64,000 bases of DNA from Pavona decussata (taxonomy: Eukaryota), in assembly GCA_977016875.1 (NCBI GenBank), contig CDRNST010000275.1, positions 248,001 to 312,000 of the forward strand. The letters run 5' to 3'. Below are positions 1 to 11,900 of this stretch, piece by piece. How positions within the stretch are numbered: position 1 is the stretch's first letter; every line of letters starts with the position of its first letter. A program made the translations under genes and the position numbers. Below the pieces are notes generated by a model. That model ran no database searches. It saw only the letters and a list, made by a program, of their open reading frames with translations, and was not told where the DNA came from.

Positions 1-267
1 GTCTTGACACAACGAGTTTCCGGTTGGTATAAACAAAGCCCTCTTCGGTGCAGGTGATCACGATCCGAGTAGGTGATAACCATTCCTGTGGAATTTAAAT
101 TTGTTGAATACACTCCAGCTTTTTTTTCTTTTGTTTCAAACTCAGCTTATTATATTGCGCAATTCAATTTCTCTTGCGCGAGTGTGAAGCAGAGAAACAG
201 TAATTAATGAGTGACGATAACTCACCGAAGTGTACTTTTAATACCGTAACCTTGTGATTATTTGCAG

Positions 268-2948
268 TAACAAGCCACCCCTACCCTTGGAAGTGGGAGC
301 TACATCAAGGGATTGTCCCACCAGGGGAAGATTATTTCGACTACTCTCCAACAGAAGCTGCCTTGTGGCCTGCTCGGCATAGATTAACGGAATTTGCCAC
401 TCTGACGAGGGAGAACGTGTCCAGTTTTCATTTCAGTGATTTTAAGGTAAATATTAGGTTATCTGAATATTTGCAATTGGCCCTGTTGGGATTTGGAGTT
501 ATCATCTTTCAATTTTAATTTTTTGAAGACTTATATGGCTAGAATGGTAGAGAGGTATGTATTCTTTTTTTTTTTTTTTTTTCAGGGTTTATTAAATAAC
601 AAAAAGGACTGTTAATTAAAATTAACAACGCTTATAGAGTAAAAGCGGTTTGAGATTGAGTGTCGCAAAACCAAACCAACGTAATTACGCTGACGAACCA
701 CAAAGGACGTAAGCAGCACAATGAACCAATTAGAATTCAAGCAAATGCATGTAACCAAAACTCGGCGTGTAAACAAGTCACTGTTGGTTTTGGTTTGACT
801 TCCATTGGTTGAGAACATCGCGCAGAATGCCTATTTTTTTTTTTTTTATTTAACAACTTTATTAACACTTGAAAAGCCTTAGATATTACAATTTAGTCCT
901 GAACATTTCTCAATTATAAGTAATACCATTAAAATTCTTGGCTTGACACCGAAAAGTACAATTACATAATTGGTCTTTAAGTTAATATTACACAATAAGG
1001 ATGGAAAAATTTAACTGCCTAAAATAAAATAGGTTCCTCAAATGGTTTCCATTTTTTGTTGAACATATTGATTTTGTTTGACTTAAAAGCTATATATTTT
1101 TCCGTTTCGTATTTCTCAAGCAAAATTCTCTTAAAGTAGATGAAAGAAGGTTTTATGTTCTTATACCTACAGGTCCACAGGAAGTTTTTACTTAGAATAA
1201 TTATATAATTAACCAGATCCATCTCCTCCTTTAGAAATCCTATAACAACTTGACGCAACGAGAGACATCTGCACCCACAAAGCTTATATAAAATGTGAGC
1301 AATAACCTCATTCCAAAAGGAGTTTGAAAAAGCGCAACTAAATAAGATATGACTTAGAGTTTCGAGTGTCTCATGGCAAAAACAGCAGATGGGGCCTGAA
1401 GCGTAGCCTATTTTATAAAGTATATCATTTGTGTACAAAATAGAATTTAAACCTTATATTGAAAGGAGCGTATATAAGGTTCATTTGCAACTGTTATCGG
1501 CAGCAGGTAGACGTTCAAAATTTGGTCATCTCCCAAATCAAAATCTTCACCCAACCTCGCCCATTTCCTAGGCCTTTCATATACATGTTTTATCAAATAG
1601 CTGTAATAATCGCAGCATTGAAACGTTTCCAAATTAAGAACCACCTTAAACTGCTTAAAATTAGGCGAAGTTGATGTGCGTAAGTTTTGTGGAATTGATT
1701 GTCTTAGACCTGTCCATGTCAGGAAATTAGACTTTGTTAATCCCTGTCTTTTCACAGCATTAAAGGATGCGATATTTGTTTTATCAAAAAGTAAATCTTT
1801 TGAGTATTTAATACCATGATCAAAATATTGTCTATAAAACATATTCTTGATGTCAACGTTATATGGTTCCCTGGATTCCATTTGTCAGAGTGACAAAAAT
1901 AAAAACACCCGTTCTCAATTTAAACTTGAATCACATTTTAGCATCCTCCAAAGTGATTTAACGAGAGCATGCTTGTAGATGAAGTTAAGATGTTGAATTT
2001 TGTTGTCTAAGCTAGTACTGAATTCAGGACTAGAAGCAAAAGATGTCGTTTTGTAATCGTGAAAGGCTTTCAAGGGACCACTTGTTTTTGAAGATTTAGT
2101 AATGCAAAGCTCCACACGAAAGGTATCATTGTTCTTTCTTCGACTGCCATTTTCCATCAAACATAGACAGATGAGTATGAAAAATAAAATATTTTTATTA
2201 ATTTCAAAGCTTGTACATCCTTTGTACTCTAGCGCCCTCTTTCAGTGGTTATCGGTTAATAAGCGTTCCTACTCCGTAAAGCTCCCAAGTTGAATGCAAT
2301 TGATTGGGGTTACAAAAAGCGTTGATATAAAATAGATAAATGACATTTAATTTACTGAGCCTTCAGTATACTCTTGGTATTACAGTTCTCTTTTCTCAAG
2401 GCTTCAACTCGCCTTTTAATTCACACTTGGTTGTCAAAATAGAAGTAATTTTCCTGTCGCCAGTAACCGCCCTGCTGGGTGCTTATAATCGAATCACTGC
2501 CAGTAGATTTGGATTAGCTCACCGCTCCGAATCTCGTAGGCCAGTGACTAGAGAACCAATCTGACTCTTTTTACTTCTCCTAAAACCCTAGATTAATTAG
2601 TAAGGATGGATATCAAGTCTAAACCCTTCTTTTGCCTCGCTTTACATTAAGGATGCACGTGTTATCGAAGAAAAAGAAGAACGAACAAAACGGATGACTG
2701 GAAAGGCCATCCAAGAACTGAAAAACAACAAGTCAATCAGAAATGCTCTTGTTGGAAAATTGGCGGTTGCCGTCAAAAAGACGATCGAGAGTATGGTTGA
2801 TGGAGAGCAAGTCACTGAAGAAACGGTGAAAGAGCTGATTGATATGGAGAAACTTTCCTATGGGCATCCTGAAGTTCAGAGGACGGAGGAGAGCAGGCAG
2901 CAATACGCAGCGGCTGTTTTTAATGCTTGCCGAAATGCCGCACTGTAA
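268..2948 (+). CDS. 3' end of paralog 1 of the giant uncharacterised protein: exons 268-446 and 2652-2948; upstream exons mostly outside the window
   Basis: Exon 268-446 (tgcag|...|gtaaat; TSHPYPWKWELHQGIVPPGEDYFDYSP...) has the same 179-nt length as exon 17677-17855 and about 70% aa identity. Exon 2652-2948 (DARVIEEKEERTKRMTGKAIQEL...RNAAL*) matches exon 18957-19277. Confidence 0.85.
633..820. repeat. Partial copy of an interspersed non-autonomous repeat (TAGAG..TTTCAATTGAGTGTCG family)
   Basis: Similar to the fuller copy at 33094-33379 (attgagtgtcg, aaaccaaa, ccaat motifs). Confidence 0.55.
833..1881 (-). mobile_element. 5'-truncated LINE (L1/Tx1-like) 3' fragment in an intron of paralog 1
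   Basis: ORFs 1447-1881 and 1019-1438 encode a LINE ORF2 C-terminus with a zf-RVT-type motif (RSFQYK...YTNDILYKIG...CCFCHETLETLSHILFSC). A poly-A tail reads as a T-run at 833-847. Confidence 0.9.
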
Positions 2949-3730
2949 ATTAATGTATCATTGCTTAATAGAAGTGTTCCTTTTCTCGGACCAGGGGATC
3001 TTGATTTAAGGCCTAAGCTCAGAAAATGGGACTGGAAGAGAACATTTCCTCGCATTTTGACATTGTATATTTCTTAAGTATATAGCTGTAACTTTGCAGT
3101 CCTTTCGCGCTTATTCTTTATACTCCGTAGGATATTCTAGAAGGTGCTATCGTTCCGTTTCCAAACCTTTGATAAATCCTTTTTTGTGAATATGAATATA
3201 TGAAACATATATGAATGAAAGAGTAACTAGAAGAAATGTCCTCGCAGTTAGTACGCAACTTTTTGCGAAAAGAAAGCCTGAAAAAACTTCAGGTCTGATC
3301 CTGTTCAAGCCTAAATATGTTTCCCATCCACTGAACGATTTTTTAGTGTCCATCTGCAGACGAATTTGTAGTATTTTACAATTCCTGGTCAAGGAGCAGA
3401 GGATCGGCCTGTGGACCCCATGACACCATCGTTATTTTCAGTGAATACCTTGAAGAAGAAAAAGAAACTTAGGTTAGTATGTAGATAGTTTGGTAGAAAT
3501 AGATCCTGTTCAGCGTATGGTATCCCTGGCAAGATGCCGCCACTTATATTACCAATTAAAATCATAAAAATGTCAGCTTATTCCAAGGCTTGCTTCATTG
3601 ACACAAGACGTTTATGCCCTTAGGTTATTTTACTGTCAAGGGCTACATGTGTATCATCAAGGCTACATGTACATGTTAGCACTATATTAGCTTAACCTAC
3701 AGACAGTCGGCAGTCGACAGTAACTACATA

Positions 3731-4550
3731 TACCTTATTCTCCTTAATTTTCGCGGGTTCTTAAATTCGCGATTTTCGCAACTTAAAGACCCGCGAAAAA
3801 TAACGACCGCGAACTTTGATCTCGCGAAATTTAATGGACATAGAAAAACAATATATATGTGTTTTCAAGGGTCCTAAAGGTGTTAAACACAAGGTGTTAG
3901 AACAAGGAGCTGTCATCTATCAACTTTAGATGTTAATCAGTGTCTAGATTCGCCTCAAGTTCTTCTTCGGCATCTGAGTAATCACCTTCGCACAGTTCCT
4001 CCAATACATCCTTTGAACAGTCGTCAAATTGACCATCCTGTCCCGGCTCCTTGTAGTGTGTAGTTACGAGTGCCTTGTATCTTTCCATTATTGCCCTGTT
4101 CCTTGGTATATCGTCCATTTCACGTATCACATCACTAAAGGGTGGGAAAAGGCTGGCATCGTCCAACAATTAGATAAATGGTTTAGTCTCCCCCCTGAGG
4201 ATCCATTTGAAGAGATTGAAGGTTCTATTGAGATCCCCTAGAAAGGACATGTAACAATGCTCTCGATAATGACTCGAAAGAACAAGAAGACTTTTTTTAT
4301 TACTGTAATACTGACTTTTAGAGAAATACAGCTGCCTCTAAGAGACAGCATATTGGTTTTGTTTCGCTTGTTGATGAACATACAATTTTTGCAAAAAAGA
4401 AAAAATAAAGTCACTTAATCGTCAATTTCGCGAAATTAAATTCCCTGCAAACACAATTTTCTACGCGATCGCGAAATTAAAGCCTCGCGAAATGTGCCGA
4501 GAAAAATTTCGCGAAATCTAAGTCCCGCGAAAACAAAGGAGAATAAGGTA
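3731..4550. mobile_element. Non-autonomous pogo/Tc1-mariner-like DNA transposon derivative
   Basis: Termini are TA|CCTTATTCTCC...GGAGAATAAGG|TA, with subterminal (T)TCGCG/CGCGAA arrays. An internal plus-strand remnant, KGWEKAGI...LPPEDPF, resembles pogo-type transposase C-termini. Confidence 0.75.
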
Positions 4551-5150
4551 CATTCGACTGGCCCTTTGTCTGCTGCATCCCTCTTCACAGGTTGATACTT
4601 TGTCCAAAATCCAGATCACCTTTTGTGTCACTCCATGCATAACACGAACAGCATACAGCATGCTGTATTATACAAAGCCTCAAACAGATTTTCTCGTGAC
4701 GAAGCCTTTCCAGTATACATGCAGTATGAGGGGGAAGTCCAAATTTGGAGATCCGGGAGGCACTTACCCACCCAGAACATACCCTAGTACATACCCCCGG
4801 GGAACAGCTGTGGTCTGTTTTGTACCATTTTTTATCCTAGGACACTTTCTGAACCAGCACAAAAACTGAACTTATACTGACACTAAAAAATACCACAGAA
4901 AATAATTAATGACATTGTTGAGAACTCAGCAACTGTGTAAATGTACAATTTACGAACAATCTGACTTAACTGGAAATGTTTGTGGCTATTTAACATGTTT
5001 AAATTAGAATGAATAAACTAAGCGTGAATTAATTTGTATTCCTGCATACTTTTTTTATCCTTACAATGTTATGTGAAATCCTCAATTGATTGATTTCCCG
5101 ATCATCGATTTTCATCGATTGTTACGTTCAGGCCCTGCTCCTGGTGGAAT

Positions 5151-5669
5151 AGGCCTTATCACGGTTTTCGACGCCATTTTGACGAGTAGGCAAACACGCT
5201 TGAAATAACAGTGTTTGTATGGAAATCCGATGTCAAATAATTCTCATAAAACATCGCTTCGGAAAAATTCATGAATTGGAAACTTTTGGCTCTAAGAAAA
5301 GGATTTTAAGAAAAAAAATTGGAGGGATGTAGCTGTGCCAGAAAGCGTCCAGTCGTGTTTTGAACTTTCCATACATTTGTCTGTATAGCGAACCAGCCGT
5401 GAACTGCTACTAAAAATAGTTCGCGGGAAAAAAATACAGACAAATGTATGGAAAGTTCAAAACACGACTAGACGCTTTCTGGCACAGTTACATCCCTCCT
5501 ATTTTTTTTCTTAAAATCTTTTTCCTAGTGCCAAAAGTTTCCAATTCATGAATTTTTCAGAAGCGATGTTTTATGAGAATTATTTGACATCGGATTTCCA
5601 TACAAACACTGTTAATTCAAGCGTGTTTGCCTACTCGTCAAAATGGCGTCGAAAACCGTGATAAGGCCT
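5151..5669. mobile_element. Foldback/MITE element with near-perfect inverted arms of about 235 bp
   Basis: aggccttatcacggttttcgacgccattttgacgagtaggc... pairs with ...gcctactcgtcaaaatggcgtcgaaaaccgtgataaggcct, around a short spacer near 5390-5435. Confidence 0.9.
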
Positions 5670-5979
5670 GTAGGGCCGGCAACGTAACTTCCAGCAAGTA
5701 TGCAGAAACTAAGGCCAAACAACCTAGTTACATCATCCATTTTCCTTGAAATAAGTTCTCTATCAACAAGGCATACAAAAAAGCTATAAATTAATTCTGA
5801 TCGCTCCAAAAGGGCTTAAAATGCAATATATTTTGCCTAAAATTTACATATCATTTTTCCGAAATGATTTTTTTGTGACACGCGTTCGTCCATCTATGTA
5901 GCCGCGCAATTTTGTCAGCGGTGTAGTAAGTAACAAACTGGCCTCGATTTCGATTTGCTTGCTGTTTTTCCAAGAATTT

Positions 5980-6075
5980 CCACGTCAGCTTCCGGTTACA
6001 TTCTGGGAAGTGGAAAACGCTTGCGAAGCAGATCAGAAGAGGCCGTCGAATAGCACGGAAGAGAGAAAGGTAAGA
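5980..6075 (+). promoter_or_regulatory. Candidate promoter and non-coding first exon of the giant gene (donor after 6069)
   Basis: CpG-richer patch with CACGTCA and CTTCCGG motifs, followed by a strong donor AAG|GTAAGA. A second candidate donor CGG|GTAAGT follows 8644, and the acceptor ttcttccag ends at 8890. Confidence 0.4.
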
Positions 6076-7248
6076 AAGTTTTGATGAATATGCTCATGCA
6101 ATTGTTCGTTTATTAATTGTTCTTGGCCATAGCATCACCAGTAGTGGCTACGTTTCACAACGTTATTCACAACTGATCGAATTCACCGGTTCAGTAGATA
6201 ACCCTATATATATAACTTATATATATATTCGCCGTTACTTGTCGTGTAGCGGTGGAAAACCCAGATACAGGTAGCAACGTACATTATAATGTCGTATCGC
6301 CTAGAAGAAGACGTTCCGTATCCCACTGATACCAAGGCAAGCGACATGTTTTTCAGTTGTTAAAGTGTGTTCACATTTCCGAATAAGTCTGCTTTCTCTG
6401 TTCATTGCTGTTTAAACCCACCGGCTTTCTAGCTCCCACTTGTCGTTGTCCTCGTTCTTGTGGACCTCCTTTCGTTGAAAACAGACCACGAGGGACAGAA
6501 GCAAGAGTCTTTAAAAAAAACTGATGTAAATTTCTAGGCCTAAATCCGTTATCCATGGGGGCCTGTCACCGCATCTACCGTGCGCCTTTCGCCTGCACAC
6601 GATTATTCTTGTCGCTCCAAGAACTCTGACCGAAAAGAGTACTTCTCGGACATAAACGTCGCCGCAAATAAAGGAACCTTCTTCCCCGAGATTTCAATTA
6701 TTGTAGGGCCCTACTTCCGGTAACCTGCAGAACAGACGTTATTTTATTGCATCTTTTAGGCAAGCGGAGTAACCACGAGGCGAGCGTCACCCCCGTCGTG
6801 TGTCACGCACGCTTCTCGCTCGCCTCGCGCTTGCCTCCGCTCGCCTGAAAAGTACGACGTCTGAACTCACTCGCTTTTCAGACGTTTGCGACAGATCAAA
6901 CGTCTGGACGAATTTAATTCCACGAATCAGATTTCATACGTCGCTTTACCGACGAATTTAAATCATGTCTTGTATTAACTTCGCCTGCATCATGCGACTG
7001 AAATGCAACGTATGATCTAGGCCTTATTTTCGATCAAAAAATCAAGTCACAGTTACCAAATTTTAGTCCCTTGGAATTCAAAATGGTTTGTTTTGAAGGA
7101 ACGAGTCCCGGGTACCTGTCCCCTTCAAATTATGCTTAACCCATCATGCAAATTGATTGTCTGACAAGACTCTGTAAACATCACTTTTCTGTAAACTGAC
7201 TGCAAGGGTCTTGTTCAAGAAAAGTCTTGAGGCCTTCTCCCATCGTCT

Positions 7249-7413
7249 TAGCCTGCGTGGCAGGCGCTAGAAAGGGGAAGGAAGAAGGGAAATCGGGCGC
7301 GCGTGACGCGAGGGGAAAAGGAAAAGGAAGCGCCTGCAGCTACTTTCCCCTCGCTTCGCGCCGGCCCGATTTCTCTTCTCCCTTCCCCTTTCTAGCGCCT
7401 GCCATGCAGGCTA
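7249..7413. mobile_element. Hairpin MITE, TAGCCTG...CAGGCTA family, 9-bp TSD
   Basis: Long inverted arms. TSD is ccatcgtct (7240-7248) / ccatcgtgt (7414-7422). Confidence 0.85.
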
Positions 7414-7768
7414 CCATCGTGTTCGCCGGCCTTGAATGCTACAAACTGCAAGCTTTGCCGTATCAAGACAAAACCAACATTTCCAAACACTTCCAAATTC
7501 CAATTCGACGTAGAAGGCACGGACACCTTTGAACGACTTTGGTGCTCAGGGGATAAATAAATTACATTTACATTTTTTTTTACATTTAATATTCACAGAA
7601 ATGATATACCAATGCAATATTTACTTGAATAAACGCCCCTCCCTTACCCCTCTATCAGTTCTAAGGTCAGAAGAAAGATGGGAGGGAAGTTAAATTTTAC
7701 AAGGAGTCCTTACTCCCTTTGCCGCTTGATTTACTCGACCAGTTGTAACAAATACCCCGGAGCAATTA

Positions 7769-8318
7769 AAGGGCTGTCCCGAAGTTGCTCGGCAACTTTT
7801 GAGCAACTTTTCGGATTTGGAGCAACTTTTAGTCCTTCGAGCAACTTTTCGGATTTCGAGCATTTTTTTCCTTTTTGAATAACTTTCTCGCCCTTTTAAG
7901 GCAATTTGTAACTAAAATTTGTCTAAAAACCACCCATTAAAGTTCTAATTTAAACTTTTATGTATGATTCGGCCATTTCTGCGTAAAACACAGTGAAAAT
8001 ACCGGTCCCCTGGGCTGCCTGTGGTAGCAGACGAAAGTGGTCAGCGGTTGAGAGAGACTCAGTCTTACAATATTGATGAGTCAGTGTAATATAATTATGT
8101 ATTGATATCTATGTAAAGCGAAATTTATTAATTAAATCGTTATTTGAGTTGTAAATCAATCTCTTACACCCAAAAATAGAAAGCAACTTTTGAGAAACTT
8201 CTGGATTTTGGGGCAACTTTTGAGCAACTTTTAGAATTTTGGAGCAACTTTTGAGCAACTTTTTTGGAAAATTGGAGCAACTTTTTGAGAAAATTGGAGC
8301 AACTTAGGGACAGCCCTA
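7769..8318. mobile_element. Non-autonomous hAT-like element with subterminal GAGCAACTTTT arrays
   Basis: TIRs are agggctgtccc...gggacagccct. A perfect 8-bp TSD, agcaatta, lies at 7761-7768 and 8319-8326. Confidence 0.85.
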
Positions 8319-8947
8319 AGCAATTATTCAAAGAGAGAAAAAAAGGGGCAAATATAGAAGCAGCCTGAACTGGTGAGGCTTTACATGCTTCATTTCACTC
8401 CTGGGTGTATTGGAGAGGGGATATGTTAACGAAAAACAGTGATGGAGAAGTACGAGTGAAGCGGAGGAAATTGATTTAATACCAAAATGTTCATGGTATC
8501 AAACAAAAATAATTCCTTCCGCCAAAAATACATGAGTGCACTACGAAACTTTTGCATCCTATTACTCGGCCCCTTTCCTGTCCTCCCGTTCACACCGAAA
8601 CCAAAACGATTTTCGACTTGTGAATAATACCAGCCACTGTCCGGGTAAGTAAGCCCGCTCTCGATCTTTGAACGGATATATCGGAGGAGATGTCCCACAC
8701 CGGGCCCAAGAGAGCGAAGTCATCGAACCTATTGTCGGTGTGATCAGAAATACCAATGTGGTCAGTTCAATGAATAGTATAAAATTAAAACCAGCAATCG
8801 TCTGTTCACCTGACCCACAAGGGCTGCTTCCCTTATGGGTTAAGGAGAAGAACATCATTTCATGAAACTTTTGTTTTGGTCTTCTTCCAGCCCCACTGGT
8901 CTGTGTGCCATTTAAAGTACCCATGCGCATGCAATCATCATCTTCTT

Positions 8948-11900
8948 ATGGACGAAGCGAACGACAACACTCCTGAAATGCCTGGAGGCAATCAGCAACA
9001 GAGTTCGCCGAAACTGGCTCAAAATGGAAGTCCCCTCGATAATACTGCTGCAGATGAGTTGAAGGCAATCTTAACAACTTTGGAAGCGCTTCCGTTTAAA
9101 GACGAAAAGCAGAAGACTTCCTTATTTGAAAAAGTTCGTCGTTTGGAAGAATATCACGTAATTCAAGTTTTCAATCTGGGGGTTGTGCCTCTGCAAAACT
9201 ATATGACTGACTGTCCAGAATTTGTTGAGGAAGTGACAAAGCTTTTTGATATTTGCTTCTCTTTTTGCTACACAGGCGACGTAACAAAAATAGTTGCTTT
9301 TGATTTCTATGCAAAAGCTTTAAAATTCTGCTTTCCTCCCCAACCAAAGCAATGCCTTTCAACCGAAGTTGTCTCCATGTTAGTGGAACTTGTTGTGATT
9401 TTTCAGAAGGGGGGATTTGCTACCATCGTCACCGAAAAAACTGAGCAGCAAGCGAACTCGCAGACAAAAATCCGTGGGACCAAACATTTCTTCGTGGAAC
9501 TACTCGCGATATTTGAAAACAGAAGAGATGGTGGTTGTATTAAAGAAATTGTTCGTGAAACATTGAATGTTGTCTCTGCTGACGCTGAAATATCTTGTAT
9601 CGAGGAACATGTGGTGCATAATGTGGCTTTGAGAAGTGATCACTTGGTGTCACCAGTTTTGTTGACAAATTGGATGAGACTACTGAAATTAGAGTACGTC
9701 AGCAATGGCTTTGCATCTGCTTTGGCCAAGATGGGCGCCTATCGATGCACAAGACAAGTTTTGTCCATTTCCCCTCTTAGTCTGCTCGGTACTAGCCCTC
9801 AAACAAATAATTTTCGTTACGAATCAACTATGACCGATGTTCTGAGTGTTCTTGAAGAAATTAAGGCAAGTGGTACCGAAATGAACCTCTCTTCCGACGA
9901 GGAAAGACTGTATATATTCTTCAAACGTGTATATAATTTTTTTCTCCGTCGTGAAATGATGGAGACATGTCTTAAGGTCCTAGCAACGACAAGCATCAGC
10001 AACAAAGTGCTTGAAGAGGTCCTTGACCAGTTCTGTAAAGAAGATCGACCGGCACAACATGTTATGTTCTCAATGGCGGCTGACGTCCGGAAGGCAGAGG
10101 CTTTTGACCTTATCTTTAAAGTTTTGTTGTTATTCCCAGGGGGAGAACTAGTCAACAAAGTGATGAAATTCTGGAGGCAAACTTTTTCTGACGATGAAGG
10201 CTGCCAAAAGCTTGCAAGTTTGATGGTGCTATTCGTGGCAGGACCACCTAGCGAAGAACGTTGTATTTTAGAAGAAAGGGCGGAAAGGACATGGAGTTTT
10301 TTGGATTGGCTTCCTTCCTCTTTGATGCCTTTATTAACATTTTGGTATTCTTTCCTTTCGTCCTTTATCAAGATATTTCCATCTACGTTTCAAAGACGTC
10401 CAGAAGTACTGGTCTTTATCCACAAAGCTCTTCTGGCTGCACGAGTTCCCGTTGGCGAAAAGCGTAAAGCTTATATCAGCTTTGAACTGATGCCAACTCT
10501 TGCGTTCTTAGAGTGGATCTCCCAACAAAAACTGACTGAAGAAGTTAGGAACGAGATGATTTGGCTTCTCATGTGCTGCGCCGATGGCGACTGTCTGAGC
10601 CTTAACTGGGAATTTTCAATAAATATCATTAAACAGTTGAGTCTCTGTCAACAGCTGCCATTCAGCTCCACAAGAGATCTTCTTCGAGAAGTAAATTATT
10701 TAGCTAAACAGTTCAAGGATCGAGAGAAGAGGGTTTTCCAAGAGTTCGTTGCAGGAGTAGCATCAAATGAAAGCCTTGATTTGAGGGATGAGATCCTGTC
10801 TGAGATTCTTGGCTTCGTCAAACGTTTTGTTGACAAGGATAGGCCCATGAAGACTATTCCCTCCAATGTGTTGCAGCTACTCTCGTTGGTATCAGCTACT
10901 CCTATATCAGGTGACCGAAGAGTTAGAATACTGCAGAAATCAAAGGAGTCCAGCAAAGGTTTATTAAGCAGTATACGCATTTTGGATCTGACAAAGTCCC
11001 TTTGCTACGGAGATGGAGCAAATGAATATTTTGATCTTCTGTATACTGCATTTGTAGACATACTTAAAGAAGAGAAAAATTTGTGTAGGACGTTTTATGA
11101 ACAACAACTCCGGTATCCTATAACATTCCAACTTCAAAAAGTGTGGGTTTTGGAAGTCGCGCGATTGATGTCTTTAAGTTCTTTCAACGAAGAGATAGAC
11201 GGCTGGTATTGTTTGCCTGTTCTTCGCGAAGTATCGGGCATCGTGTCTGAATCCGAGATGTTGCAATTTTTTCGAGAAGTAAGGGCAAGTACCGAGAAAC
11301 TTTTGAATGGCATGACGAGCCGAAACTTCATTACTTCATCTCCTGATGCCCCTGACCGTGTACCAGAGACTTTTGTTTCATGCCTAGTTCACGTCGTTAG
11401 ATCAGTTGCGTTCTCCACTGAAGAAAAGGTGCTGTTAATCCAGAGGTTTTGTGAAAGTTTCCTTAGTAGCCCAGATATTTTATCAGATCAGGACATGGAG
11501 TACGCGTTCTGCAATTTGATTCCCCTATCTTGCACTGAAAAGGACGGCTGTGCAAGCAACCACGAAGAGATGCGGCTGACGTTAGACCAGATCATGGCTG
11601 TGCTGGAAAATCCTACGATAATGACAAGCCTTTCAAGGATCCCAGCAGACAGCCATAGATCTTTATTTACTGTCCTGTCCATGATGAACTTCAAGTCATT
11701 CTCCAAGGATAGCCTGATGGACGTATACCAGTTCATTGGATCCCGAAAAGATTTAGACAAGCGTTTCTTTGCCCATTTCTTGCCTGTTCTACAAGTGGCT
11801 ATCCAAAATTCGACTAGTGTGCAGGCTGTACTGGAACTCTTGCAGGAAATGATTTGTGTTATTGGCGCTATTCCAGCAGAGCTGATTCCCATCACGATGC

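Noticed and set aside
7780-8305. Regularly spaced GAGCAACTTTT repeats as a CRISPR array
   Set aside because: The repeats are short and irregular, with no unique spacers, and lie inside hAT-like TIRs with an 8-bp TSD. The context is eukaryotic and there are no cas genes.
8740-8765. Minus-strand DHIGISDH, resembling a LINE endonuclease motif
   Set aside because: It covers only 8 residues and the flanks do not continue the similarity, so it cannot be distinguished from chance.
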